A stretch of DNA of 64,000 nucleotides from contig CBDBLZ010000008.1 in NCBI GenBank assembly GCA_965207385.1, positions 3,347 through 67,346 on the forward strand. Direction: 5' to 3'. The number at the start of each line of letters is the position of its first letter. Within the stretch, counting starts at the first letter, position 1. A program made the translations under genes and the position numbers. This document shows, piece by piece, positions 39,901 to 49,422 of this stretch. The notes under the pieces are model-generated. The model did not search any database, was not told the origin of the DNA, and saw only the letters and a list, made by a program, of their open reading frames with translations. The stretch is from Rhodothermales bacterium (GTDB lineage: Bacteria > Bacteroidota > Rhodothermia > Rhodothermales > Bin80).

Positions 39901-42010
39901 CGCCTCCGGTAGCCATCGTCCACTCCTGCCGGGCATCCGGATTGGACGGAGAGTACCAGCTGCCGTTATCCTGCGCGCCTGCTACAAAGACTTCCTCTCC
40001 CGGCTTCTTGTCAACGCCATAGAATTGTGTGGTATTGTAACCGTTGGCAATTCCGGAAAACGTGCTGCCGCCATCGGCTGAGAAGAAAACGCCGCCGTCG
40101 TTGGCATTGACAAATCCGAATGCGTTTCCGATTGCGCTCGTCCGAAGCAATGTGATATTGTGGTGGTCAACGTGCAGCGCCGGATTTGCCGCATGCGGGC
40201 TCACTTTGTGATCCAGCCTCAATTGCTCCGAAACCACGATGCGGAGCAGACTATTCGGAAGGTTATCCAGGGCAGATGTAGGTACATCCAGATACTGATA
40301 CAGCCGAACGAAATACAGCATGCTGTGGACGACGCCGCCGTCCGCGCTCAGCTCCGGCCTCGGCGCGGCGCCGTCATAGTCATAAAGGTGAACGAAAATG
40401 TATTCCTGGTCCGGCCAAAGAGGATGGGCGGGGACTACCAGATCGTACTCGCCGTTATCGGCAGTATCGCGAAAGGACGCCATGAGCTGCCGGGAGTTGT
40501 CGGTGTCCCAGACTTCAAAGGGTACATCCACGTAGTCCTCAAACCGGTACCGAGCAAGCGGGGTCTTGGTGGGGACGGACGAGATGTCCTCCGGGGCAAC
40601 GCTGTATCGGTGGGCCTTCTGCGAGCGCCCCGGCCCGAACCGGAGTTCAACAGTTACATAATCATCCGTTGTAACTCCCGCCACTTCCGGGTGATTGTGC
40701 CCCGTCCAGACCCATCGGGACTCGCCGGGCACTTGTCCCGGCATGTTGCCGAAGGTGATATCATGCAGGTCCTGTTCGATCACGTCCGAAACGAATCTGT
40801 GCGCGACGGGTGCGGGATCGACAACGGATTCCCAGAGCACGACGCTGCCCAGGAAGACGCGGTTTTCGTCGAACGGATGGACTGCTATTGATTGGGCGTA
40901 CCAACCCAGGCGGGAGAGCCAGTCTGCCCCGAGTGTGCCGGACTGGTCGATGGCGGCAAGCCATGTCTCTCCTCCGTCGCTCGAGCGATACAAGTGTGAT
41001 CCGGTCTTGTTGTCTGCGGAGACGTATACCACGTCCGGATTCGAGGGTGCAAAGGCCAGCTCCATTCTTCCGAAATCGAACGGATGGTCTGCCTCGAGCA
41101 CCATGTGCCAGGTCCGGCCTGCATCGGTGGACTTGGCCACGCCAACAGACGGAGGATCGCCGCTGGAGAAAGCTCTCGGGGATCTGAGCGTGGCAAACTG
41201 AATATCAAAATTGTCGGGCCGGGCTCTCAGGTCCTGTACAGGCACTCTCTTGATCGGCTCTGCCTGCCGTCCAAACACGCGCGACCAGGTATCGCCGCCA
41301 TCCTCCGTTCGGAACAGGCCCAGATTGGTGGCAGCCAGCACCGTGTTGGCATCCGCCGGATCAATGGCCAGGCGATTGACATACCGGAAATTCATGTCAG
41401 TGGCCGTTGACGCCAGCTGCGCCCATGTTCGCCCGCCATCGGCAGACCTGAATATGCCCGATCCCGCGACGGCATCGCCATTGTAAAAGCCCTCGCCCGT
41501 TCCCATGTATAGGATTTCGGGGTCCGACTTTCCTATGGCCAGCGCCGAAACCGCGAGATTCGGCAGGTGATCAGTCAGGGGAATCCAGAATTTTCCGCCG
41601 TCCTCGGTCTTCCACAGTCCGCCGCTCACGGAGCCGGCAAACCATGTCCGGTTGGTTGGATCACTCGGATCCACGACAATGGCCCTTGTCCTGCCTGGCA
41701 CGTTGGCCGGGCCTCTCTCGATCCAGTTCAGCCGCCGGCCGGGCTGCTTCCGCGCCTCCACCGCCTTGCGGCTTTCCTCTATGCGGTAATTGGCAGGATA
41801 GGAGAATTGTCCGTCCTCACTGCGGATACCCACATGGTAGGCCGCAAACTGATCCGGGTCGCCAAAGCCTTCCCTGAAGACGAGTTCATCCGCCGGGTCC
41901 GCAATTGTCGGCATTCCGAGGCCGATGGTCTCTTCGGCGGTGTGGCCGGAGAGAACAAGGAGGATCAGGTATGCGCAAGCAGCGGTGAACCTGATCAGGA
42001 AGCGATTCAT
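36953..42010 (-). CDS. Very large secreted BNR/sortilin(VPS10)-like repeat protein with T9SS C-terminal sorting domain (1685 aa)
   Basis: Trimmed to ATG 42010 (MNRFLIRFTAACAYLILLVLSG). At least 8 BNR-type SxDxGxTW motifs: SADGGRTW, TEDGGDTW, STDAGRTW, SSDGGETW, SADGGSTF, SRDGGLTF, TADWGQTW and STDAGATW. The C-terminus is NYPNPFNPATTIAF...GVYFYQL. Confidence 0.85.
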   Translation of the reverse strand: MNRFLIRFTAACAYLILLVLSGHTAEETIGLGMPTIADPADELVFREGFGDPDQFAAYHVGIRSEDGQFSYPANYRIEESRKAVEARKQPGRRLNWIERGPANVPGRTRAIVVDPSDPTNRTWFAGSVSGGLWKTEDGGKFWIPLTDHLPNLAVSALAIGKSDPEILYMGTGEGFYNGDAVAGSGIFRSADGGRTWAQLASTATDMNFRYVNRLAIDPADANTVLAATNLGLFRTEDGGDTWSRVFGRQAEPIKRVPVQDLRARPDNFDIQFATLRSPRAFSSGDPPSVGVAKSTDAGRTWHMVLEADHPFDFGRMELAFAPSNPDVVYVSADNKTGSHLYRSSDGGETWLAAIDQSGTLGADWLSRLGWYAQSIAVHPFDENRVFLGSVVLWESVVDPAPVAHRFVSDVIEQDLHDITFGNMPGQVPGESRWVWTGHNHPEVAGVTTDDYVTVELRFGPGRSQKAHRYSVAPEDISSVPTKTPLARYRFEDYVDVPFEVWDTDNSRQLMASFRDTADNGEYDLVVPAHPLWPDQEYIFVHLYDYDGAAPRPELSADGGVVHSMLYFVRLYQYLDVPTSALDNLPNSLLRIVVSEQLRLDHKVSPHAANPALHVDHHNITLLRTSAIGNAFGFVNANDGGVFFSADGGSTFSGIANGYNTTQFYGVDKKPGEEVFVAGAQDNGSWYSPSNPDARQEWTMATGGDGFDAVWHSRDPDLMLTSIQNNGLYRSTTAGASFASATRGLEDRDKAAPFVTSVGNSKDAPDRVFVVGRQGVWRSEDFAGSWELVPLPAHLWRGDYVPKSGKVRVSLANPDVVWAGYRLHLEFTGDIFGTVFVSRDGGLTFSPAVPPDYAPRAGISGIATHPLEASTAYVLFSVAAKPKILRTADWGQTWTDLSGFAESSVSVNGFPDVAVYDLLVMPHDTDILWAATEIGIFESTDAGATWQYGDSGLPAVSVWQMRVVDDLVVVATHGRGIWTIDMQGAIASQGFGPTVGNDFVLLSAGVSTRIGELDGRFVADPVEGESADQVLQLDFEGLDYRAFFFDGNAGLNLAPNLRQEDALHMRLLVDPRNGDGNGLALVFEDKTDWSRAADGSADLPFRAAWSIPGEYRDGNWHELSIPLPPATWHQLEDARAAGGPRSNWHYAGATSPAGFRVAGDNLGPGTSERPELWQEFEWTNVRSLGIARNVSDEGGPVWIKDVYIGQPGLDLDGFGGKVAPVTRVSARRGFDGTTISWHEVPAAGGYNVYVSERPISDIAGSDVFLLQRVRQAAVSRAFTHAFEVPHASAAPAKLHYAVTSLSPYGVENPDVSASAAAVSVSFPVVSPAVVELTDGESGELAASLASGIAASDGFPQWQRPFRVDGQHSSVGEQGSVVKSDADLSGTLWLGQSSDNRLYMYAEIRDDILRLAPEGVRPSEAWQYDSIELGWGNYDVRSVQGGSALVGTPHRGMERGARADYLLRISAHGDGSSAFVWVGGGLNAQVPGGAAVFDMLQDGAGNDVGWKILAAVPLDAIQNPETKDAVLEPVTGTELRFVPMNIGLNDADETGVRDSQIQWSTRQGADGHWWHTPAQWPVVAVAGRHTWTGGSEDAADVPERHALLPNYPNPFNPATTIAFNVAGEEPVTLAVFDALGRRVATLVDAEHMSIGRHTVRFEARQLASGVYFYQLRVGRAFAESRRMLLVR

Positions 42011-42381
42011 TTGCGTGCGCCGCGGGCCGGGATACATGGATATAGCGTATCATTAATATAGTATTTGTGTTGTACGCTGTATCGGGCGCGGGGTCTGGTG
42101 CCCGTGTTCCCGGCTGCTCGCTCCCGGAACGGAACCTGTGCCCGAACCTGCCCGGCCGAGGGTCGTTTCCGGCAATCATGCGCAGACCCGGTCCTTAAAC
42201 GAATCACCGCGAGTGCCGCCGGAAATGACGGCCCGCGCAAGAGTCCGGACCGGCACGGGGCATCCCCGTTCATGCTTGCGGCCTGCGGCCGACGGGGCTT
42301 GGCAGGCAATGGCAGGCGGGCCGCCTGCTTCGGATTCACCCGTTTCCCGGCTTCATCGCAACCGCTTCGGGGGAGCCCGGG

Positions 42382-42912
42382 CTACGGATCGGGCAGATAC
42401 TCCATGGCACGCTCGCCGAAGCGCTCCGTCAGGTCAACGACCTCCGGGAAGATGCCCCTTACGGCCTCCCAGGCCCAGGGCACCGAGGACGCCACAGGCT
42501 CATATAGCGCCGACTCCGCGCGAGCACTCTCGCCGGGCACGCTTGAGTTGCCCAGAACCAAGAAAAGCACACTCATCACAAGGCAGGCCTTGGCGGCACC
42601 GATCGCGCCGCCGGCTAGCCTGTTCAGAAAGGACAGGTGCAGGAATCCCACAATGCCCTCCAGCACGCGGGCGAGGATGCCCACCGCGAGCTGGACCGCG
42701 AGAAACGCGAGCACAAATCCCACGACGGGAGATATGTTTTCGGAAATGCCAAGACTGCGCGTGACCAGCTCGCCTAGCCGGTCCATGAGGGCCACTCCGA
42801 CGGCAACGCCGGCGACTATGCCGGCTATGCCGATGGCTTGCTTCACGAGCCCTGTCTTGAGACCCAGCAGAAGACCGAGCGTCAACCCTGCAATGATGAA
42901 TACGTCCAGCAT
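42382..42912 (-). CDS. cvpA: CvpA family membrane protein
   Basis: N-terminus MLDVFIIAGLTLGLLLGLKTGLVKQ plus 4 TM segments, typical of colicin V production protein family members. Confidence 0.8.
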   Translation of the reverse strand: MLDVFIIAGLTLGLLLGLKTGLVKQAIGIAGIVAGVAVGVALMDRLGELVTRSLGISENISPVVGFVLAFLAVQLAVGILARVLEGIVGFLHLSFLNRLAGGAIGAAKACLVMSVLFLVLGNSSVPGESARAESALYEPVASSVPWAWEAVRGIFPEVVDLTERFGERAMEYLPDP

Positions 42913-42927
42913 ACGCTTGGCGGAGTA

Positions 42928-43686
42928 CTATCTGATTATGAATCTGAGCGCTAGTGTTCCCAGGCCCACCTGCATGACGCCCAGAGAAATCGCCGCCCTG
43001 TTGTCGAGCCTTCGAATGCGGGGCACCAGCAGAGGGTCCGCTTCGGTGGCATATCGCGCATCCAGGCGGTCCGCCTTGAACTTGTGGTGCACGCTGAGTA
43101 CGCCCCCGGCGACAGCGATGCTTGCCGCGAGGTAATCGATCCATCTCCGGTGGCGGTACGTGGAAAGCCCGGCGCGCCCGGCAGCCAGCGGTGCATCCAG
43201 CGGCCGGAGCTCAATCCGATACGCATTCCAGACGCGCGCCCTCGCTTCAACCTGCGCGTTGTGATAGCCATCCAGCTCCAGCGCAATAGACCCCTCGCCC
43301 GGTGAGACAAACACAAGCGGAGTAATGCCCATCCGGGTCCGGCGATCCCCGCTTACCCAGTAAACCGATGCCCCGAACGGGACCGTCTCCAGGCGATGAT
43401 ACGAGGGAAAGTCCAGGCGCAAATCCAGCGTGTCACCAATTGCGCCCGCAAGCGGCACTTCCACCGGAGCGATCGACCAGCGGTACGGCTCGGGCGCAAT
43501 AAGCCGCAGCGTGGCGGCAGAACGTGCTACGTAGAAGTTCTTCTGGTGCGCTGGCCCCAGAGACGTGCGGTCCGCGTACACGATCGCGGAAGGGAAATTG
43601 GTTTCCAGCCTTACCAGCCTTCGCTCCTGCGCACAGCACGCAGAAGTGGCCAGTACCAGGGCGAGACTATGGACCAGGCTGCGCAT
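42928..43686 (-). CDS. PEGA domain protein with signal peptide and C-terminal TM segment
   Basis: PEGA-like stretch PFGASVYWVSGDRRTRMGITPLVF...GSIALELDGYH. Signal peptide MRSLVHSLALVLATSACCAQ. Confidence 0.6.
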   Translation of the reverse strand: MRSLVHSLALVLATSACCAQERRLVRLETNFPSAIVYADRTSLGPAHQKNFYVARSAATLRLIAPEPYRWSIAPVEVPLAGAIGDTLDLRLDFPSYHRLETVPFGASVYWVSGDRRTRMGITPLVFVSPGEGSIALELDGYHNAQVEARARVWNAYRIELRPLDAPLAAGRAGLSTYRHRRWIDYLAASIAVAGGVLSVHHKFKADRLDARYATEADPLLVPRIRRLDNRAAISLGVMQVGLGTLALRFIIR

Positions 43687-44782
43687 TGCCGGACTTGAAT
43701 GCCTGAACGAATCGGGGCTCGGTAAGCACTACGAGCTGGTCCCCGTGTGCAGCGAGGCCGGACTTCACCCGTCCGCGCAATTCCGTCTGCCATACCTGTT
43801 GGCCTGCCGAGACGGTAAACGCGTACAGCACGCGCCCCATGCTGGCGGCGTACACGTGGTCTTTCGTAATCAGCGGCGCAGCCGCAAACGCCTCACGGCC
43901 TTCATGTGTCCAGAGCGGCTCCCCTTGCGGATGCGCAAATGCCACCAGCGAGCCGTCAGATCCGCCGATCACTACCATCCCGAACCCCACCCCCGGCTCG
44001 CTGAACCGAATAGTCGAGTCGGCGGCCTGGTACGTGGACGTCCTTGCGCCGGAGCGCGCATCCATGAACGCGATGCTGCCGCGCGTCGTGGGCACCACAA
44101 CGTGGTCCTTGAAAAGCACCGGCGACGTGTAGACCGGCCCGCCTGCCCGGCTCTGCCACAGCACGGTTCCGTCCTCTGCGTCCAGAGCCGTTACGCGGCC
44201 CCCTTCATCCGCGACCACGACCTGATCGCCGAACTGCAGGGGACGACTTCTCGAGGCATGATCAAGCGCTGCCGTCCACCGCATTTCACCGTGCGGCTCA
44301 TACCGGCGAACCATCCCGTCAACGTCTACAGCCACGAAGCCGCTGTCCAGTGCCAAAAGCCCGGCCCTGATTCTGGCCCCGCGTTGATCCCAGTTGACCT
44401 TCCCCGAGCGCAGGTCGTAGCTGATGAGCGCGCGCCGGCCCCATGCCACGGGCACTACTATATCATCTCCGAACAAGACCGGCCCGCCTTCGATAACCTC
44501 GCCGAATCGCCTGAGTCCGAGGCGCTTGCCGTCCGACAGGCTTACGGCGTGCGCCTCGCCCCGGCGCGTACCCACGAAGACCATGTCACCTGTCAAATGA
44601 GGCGCATCCGGGCCAAAGCCCGCTCCCGCGTTGTAGGTCCATGCCAGCTCCAGCGGCGGCTCTGGCGCAGTGCCCGGATCCGCAGTTACGCCCAGGCGAC
44701 CAAGCTTGAGCGTATGGCACCCGGCCGCAATGACCAGAACTGCCGCTGCACCGCCAAGCGTCTTTGCAAGTGGCGGCGTCAA
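43667..44782 (-). CDS. PQQ-like beta-propeller lipoprotein (BamB-like)
   Basis: Lipobox LVIAAGC. Repeated G.V.A.D...G...W beta-propeller pattern. It has a 4-nt overlap with the upstream Omp85-fusion gene. Confidence 0.7.
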   Translation of the reverse strand: MTPPLAKTLGGAAAVLVIAAGCHTLKLGRLGVTADPGTAPEPPLELAWTYNAGAGFGPDAPHLTGDMVFVGTRRGEAHAVSLSDGKRLGLRRFGEVIEGGPVLFGDDIVVPVAWGRRALISYDLRSGKVNWDQRGARIRAGLLALDSGFVAVDVDGMVRRYEPHGEMRWTAALDHASRSRPLQFGDQVVVADEGGRVTALDAEDGTVLWQSRAGGPVYTSPVLFKDHVVVPTTRGSIAFMDARSGARTSTYQAADSTIRFSEPGVGFGMVVIGGSDGSLVAFAHPQGEPLWTHEGREAFAAAPLITKDHVYAASMGRVLYAFTVSAGQQVWQTELRGRVKSGLAAHGDQLVVLTEPRFVQAFKSGNAQPGP

Positions 44783-47700
44783 AAGTCGAATCCGAAGAAA
44801 AACTGACGGAATAGGTGAGGGTCGCGCCGCGCGAACCCGTCACGGAACCGGTAACCGATATCGTATCTGAGGACAAAGCCTCCAAATACATTCATCCGGA
44901 ATCCGATGCCCGTGCTGCCCAGCGTCTCGCCCGCAAATATCTGCGGAATGCGTTCCCGATAGGAGCCGTTCCAGGCATGTGCCGCATCAAAAAACAAAGC
45001 GCCCCTCAGGTTGACAATCCCGAGTACGGCGAGCAGCGGCATGTGAATCGACGGCTGCTCGAGAATGGGAAACCGCAATTCGTGGGAGGTAAACCACATC
45101 TTCTTTCCCCGGACATCGAAAATGGGGAATCCCCTTAGATCCCAGCTGCCTCCCATGAACCAGAGACGGGCCTCCCTGCCGTGATTGACGCGTCCCATGG
45201 CCCGCGAGGCAAACGTGATGTGGCGTGACAGCCGTAGGTAGTGGCGCACGTCCGCGAGCGCGCTTACGTAGTTCACGTTGGAATAGCGGATATCCGTCGT
45301 ATACGCCGCGCTCAGCTCCCCGCGCCAACCCGCCACGGGCCCGTTGTAGCCGAACAGCGCATTGTCGTGGACCAGGGACAGGGCATTTGACAAGAGGTAC
45401 GCTTCCCGGTCGATCCTGCGCTCCGGGATCTGTTTGTGGTCCCACGCGAATGAGGTACTGACCTCGATCCTGCGGAACATGGAGATGGGATAGCTTACCG
45501 CACCGAAGCCGCCGTAGATCGTTTCCCAAAATCGGGGAAACTCCGCCGAAGCATCCGGATCGGTTATGTCATAGCGCAGTCCCCCGTATCGGAAGAGGCC
45601 ATAGCCGATGTTGGCCCGCCGGTGAAGCTGGACCCGCGAAATGTTGACATTCAGGCTTCTGAGGAAATTGCCGCCGCCACCGTAATGGGACGTGTTGTAC
45701 ATGAGCAGGTAGAGCCGGTCATTGCCCAAGAGGTCGGACATGGACAGTACGGCGCCACCGCTGGTGCCCCAGACTGCATTGTTGGATATCTGGCCCTGCG
45801 CGATATCCAGGCCGTATTTCCTGCGGTACGGATAGGGCGTTCGGCGCGACTGCGCCTCCAGGCGTTCGAAGGCCCATGCCTCTGCCGCCTCGGGCACGGC
45901 GCTTCGCCGCTCTATCGGGCGCATCACCAGCGAATCGATCCGGCCCAGGGATCGAACGGTAAACCGGTGGTTCTCGAACGAAGTGAAGACCATCCTGTCG
46001 TCACGGGTCCAAACCGGGTCAAATACCGCGGTCGTCCACCGGGTCAGCCTCCGCTCCGAAGTCGCGGCAGAAGGCACCGGGTCGGCCGCTGTACCCGCAC
46101 TGTCCCTCCTCGCCAGCACAGGCTCCGGGAACGCGTCTGCCACGTAGATGTCCTGGCCTCCAAATCGTCCGGCAGAATCACGCCTGGCGCTGGTAAACAC
46201 CACACGGCTGCCGTCCGGACTCCATCGTGGAGAAAAATCCCTTTGCTCCCCGTACGTCAGGTAGTCTATTGCGCCGCTGGCAAGGTCGTACGCAAACAGG
46301 TTGTACGCCCCGTCCAGACCCAGCGAGGTCCGATCGCTCGAAAAGGCGATGCGTTCCCCGTCCGGACTCCACGCCGGGTCGCGGTCGTCGTAGGAATCGT
46401 TGGTCAGGCGCAGCAGCTGATCGGAGCGCGTGTCGAATACATACAGGTCTATGACCCCGCTCTGGTCTATGGACGTGAAAGCGATGCGCTCGTTGTCCGG
46501 ACTCCACGTAGGAGAATACACGGCGGACAGCCGCTCGAATGCGTACGTCGGGCCCAGCTCGCCGGCTTCCAGGTCATACGTGTGAATCACATCGTTCTTG
46601 CCGCTCTTGGTAACAAAGGCGAGTCGCCCGTCACGGGAGACGCTTAGCCGGCTCTCAAAAACGTGAAAGGCTTCAAACCGGTCGTCTCGTTCGCCGCGTA
46701 CCAGGATCCGGGGCTTTTCCAGCGGGCGGTAGAGTGAGTCTAGTTCGACATGGAAGACGTTGGTGTAGCCATCCCGGTTGCCCACGTAGTAGACGAAGCG
46801 CCGTCCGCTCTGCGTCTCGTAGAATGCCGGCTTGGAGCTGAAGCCTTCGACCGAGACTCCGCCCGCGAGCACCGTCGGAACCTGTGCCTCGTCCAGCTCT
46901 GGGTAATAGTTCTCCTGCAGGTAGCGCTGCCAGCGGCTGCTTACGGTCTTGTAGTCCTCTCCCAGGGTCAGCTCCATCACCTTCCGGAAGTCCCGGTCCA
47001 TCCACGCATTCTCAATCAGATCCAGCAGCTTTTCCTCTCCGTACGTTCGGGCTATGAAGGCGCACAGCGCCTCGCCTTCCTTGTACATCAGGAAGGTGCC
47101 ATGGGCGCGGTAAATGTTCTCGAGCGGCACCAGGTAGTTGGCATATATCGCATCGCGCATCACCATTTCGTGCTGGTGGTCCGCTTCGCCGGACCAGTAC
47201 TCCGCCAGACCCTCCGTGAACCAGAGCGGCAAAAACCTGTCGGCTACGACGCGATGGTCCCGAAAGACCCGCATGAGCTTGTTGAGGGTGAAAACGTGCA
47301 CCATTTCGTGGCGCACCACGCGCCGAAACCGGTGCAGGTCGCCGTTTGCAGGAATGACCACGCGCCCCTTCAGGAATTCGAAGAATCCGCCGACGCCGTC
47401 GGGAATGAAGCTGGAGGTAATATTGGTCTGCTTGAAGTGCAGGTGGGAGGCGTAAAAGACGATAGGTGTGCGGTGATTGAAGGAGAAATTGAACCGGTTC
47501 CGCAACTCCCGATACGCCTCTTCCGCAAAGGCTGCGCCGTGTTCGGCCAGCTCCTGCATCTCGGGGTAGAAATAGATGTCGAAATGCTCGGTCTCCAGTA
47601 CGTGCCAGTCGAAGTCCTTGTACTGGATCTTGTTGCGGCCAAAATGAAAATTGTACTGCGCCCCGGCAGGCGGGACCATTCCGGCCCCGGCAAGGAAGGC

Positions 47701-47784
47701 TATAAGAAGTACGCGCGGGGCCACATGCCAACCGGTAAGGCTCTGTATGGCTACGCAGTCAAGGAAGGCGCCGTTCCCCCGCAC
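44779..47784 (-). CDS. Fusion outer-membrane protein: HExxH peptidase-MA-like region + TolB-like beta-propeller repeats + Omp85/BamA-type C-terminal barrel
   Basis: HEMVH at RRVVRHEMVHVF. Three WSPDG-type TolB repeats: PTWSPDNERIAFTS, PAWSPDGERIAFSS and PRWSPDGSRVVFTS. The C-terminal beta-barrel ends ...FFFGFDF. The exact start is uncertain. Confidence 0.7.
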   Translation of the reverse strand: MRGNGAFLDCVAIQSLTGWHVAPRVLLIAFLAGAGMVPPAGAQYNFHFGRNKIQYKDFDWHVLETEHFDIYFYPEMQELAEHGAAFAEEAYRELRNRFNFSFNHRTPIVFYASHLHFKQTNITSSFIPDGVGGFFEFLKGRVVIPANGDLHRFRRVVRHEMVHVFTLNKLMRVFRDHRVVADRFLPLWFTEGLAEYWSGEADHQHEMVMRDAIYANYLVPLENIYRAHGTFLMYKEGEALCAFIARTYGEEKLLDLIENAWMDRDFRKVMELTLGEDYKTVSSRWQRYLQENYYPELDEAQVPTVLAGGVSVEGFSSKPAFYETQSGRRFVYYVGNRDGYTNVFHVELDSLYRPLEKPRILVRGERDDRFEAFHVFESRLSVSRDGRLAFVTKSGKNDVIHTYDLEAGELGPTYAFERLSAVYSPTWSPDNERIAFTSIDQSGVIDLYVFDTRSDQLLRLTNDSYDDRDPAWSPDGERIAFSSDRTSLGLDGAYNLFAYDLASGAIDYLTYGEQRDFSPRWSPDGSRVVFTSARRDSAGRFGGQDIYVADAFPEPVLARRDSAGTAADPVPSAATSERRLTRWTTAVFDPVWTRDDRMVFTSFENHRFTVRSLGRIDSLVMRPIERRSAVPEAAEAWAFERLEAQSRRTPYPYRRKYGLDIAQGQISNNAVWGTSGGAVLSMSDLLGNDRLYLLMYNTSHYGGGGNFLRSLNVNISRVQLHRRANIGYGLFRYGGLRYDITDPDASAEFPRFWETIYGGFGAVSYPISMFRRIEVSTSFAWDHKQIPERRIDREAYLLSNALSLVHDNALFGYNGPVAGWRGELSAAYTTDIRYSNVNYVSALADVRHYLRLSRHITFASRAMGRVNHGREARLWFMGGSWDLRGFPIFDVRGKKMWFTSHELRFPILEQPSIHMPLLAVLGIVNLRGALFFDAAHAWNGSYRERIPQIFAGETLGSTGIGFRMNVFGGFVLRYDIGYRFRDGFARRDPHLFRQFFFGFDF

Positions 47785-47802
47785 GTTGCGCGGCCGGAGG
47801 CC

Positions 47803-48837
47803 CTATGACTCCGCAAGCGCGGCCTTCAGCTTGCTGATCAGTCCGACAGGAGAAGGATCTGTGCGGTGCAAGAGTGCGAGGTAGAGGCTTACCCAGTCGC
47901 TCGGATAGAGCAGGGACACCAGCCGCGCCAGAAGACCGTCCCCCCGGCTTTCGAGCTCCATCCAGGAACCCGCCAGGTCATGGAGCAGATCTTTCGTCAC
48001 CTCCATGCGGCGCTGCGTGCGCGGGTGATCATCCCGGTCGCGAAGCAGGACCACCCCCAGTTTGCCGAGCTCTTCCTGTCCGCGGTCCCAGCCCATGATT
48101 TCGTTGTGGTTCATCTCCGGCAGCACGTTCCCCACCGCGAACGTCTTTGCGTTCTCATGCAGCTGGTTGCGCCAGCGCACGTTGACGGCCTCCAGCCGCT
48201 GGCTGCTGTAGATGACGGGAAAGAGGTCCTTGAGCTCCCTGGCCATGTGCCAGGCCTCGCTGCCAGGCTGCGCAAGGGTTGCAGCCTGCTCGTCGGCCAC
48301 CCCGAACGCCTCTTCCCAGTCGGCTTCATCGACGCGCACTATGCCCAGGTGCTCCCCCGCTGCAATGAGCGCCGCAAGCGAATGGCCCAGGGCAGCCCGG
48401 GGCTGCAGGCCCTGGGGCAGAGCCATCAGCGGCAGCCCCCGCTCAGAAGCCGCCTCACCCATGGCGCCGCCGGTGGTTATGCACAGCACCGAGGCACCGC
48501 GCGCCAGCGCCTGATCCATGGACATGAGCGTCTCCTCTGTGCTGCCCGAATAGCTGCAGGCAATCACCACGGTGCCGGCTCCCACCCAGCGGGGAATGGC
48601 ATAGGCGCGTGATACGGTTACCTGGGCTCTGCCGCCCACCAGCGTCTTCATGAGGTCTCCTCCGATGGCCGATCCCCCCATGCCGAGCACGACCACGCCA
48701 TGATCCGCGTCCCCCGGCAGTCGGCCCAGGTCCGCCGACGCGGCGCGAGAACGTCCTTCACGCAGATGGTTCGGAAAATCGAGCACCGCTCCAAACATGT
48801 CTTGCGGATCAATCCTTCTGATCTGTTCCCTTGTCAT
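47803..48837 (-). CDS. bifunctional phosphoglucose/phosphomannose isomerase (SIS domains)
   Basis: N-terminus IRRIDPQDMFGAVLDFPNHLREG and SIS core GMGGSAIGGD...SYSGSTEET, as seen in the PGI/PMI family. Confidence 0.85.
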   Translation of the reverse strand: MTREQIRRIDPQDMFGAVLDFPNHLREGRSRAASADLGRLPGDADHGVVVLGMGGSAIGGDLMKTLVGGRAQVTVSRAYAIPRWVGAGTVVIACSYSGSTEETLMSMDQALARGASVLCITTGGAMGEAASERGLPLMALPQGLQPRAALGHSLAALIAAGEHLGIVRVDEADWEEAFGVADEQAATLAQPGSEAWHMARELKDLFPVIYSSQRLEAVNVRWRNQLHENAKTFAVGNVLPEMNHNEIMGWDRGQEELGKLGVVLLRDRDDHPRTQRRMEVTKDLLHDLAGSWMELESRGDGLLARLVSLLYPSDWVSLYLALLHRTDPSPVGLISKLKAALAES

Positions 48838-49422
48838 GACTCGTCCTTTCGGTTTGGCAATTGGGCCGCGAACCCGGCAAGGTGCTTCCCCGCCTGGTCC
48901 GGGCCTTCGGGTGTCAGTGAATCGGCGGCAAGGCCGGTGGCCTGTAGCACCGATACGTAACGGATGACTTGTCCGGCATCAAGGGCAGCGTCAAACTCAC
49001 CTCCTGCAACCCGGGTTCAAAAGGCAGCGAAGCCGCCCTGACCACGCCGGCCGGCATCTCGATCATTAGTCCCACGTCCACGTCGTGCGAAATGCCTGTC
49101 CGGTCCGCGCACCTGCGCGTCCATTCAATCTGCTTTGTCGCTCCCCTTCCACGTTTTCCCCGAGCACTCGATGTTCGACCTGGTGCTCCGGGCGCCTGTA
49201 TTCTTGGGCCGGCCTGCCGGCAGTGCCTTCTGACACACCAAGACCAGCAAACCTGTCCCATGATGCACATGCGGGGCAGCCACCAAGGCCCTTAGAGGCG
49301 TCCGCGCGCTAAGGTTTCATCGGGTGGCAATGCGAATGACAGCACCGCCTCTGCAGCTGCAGCCTGTCCATCGCTGCCTCCGGAGACCACGAACAGCATC
49401 CAACCGTGTCCGGGCAATCATG

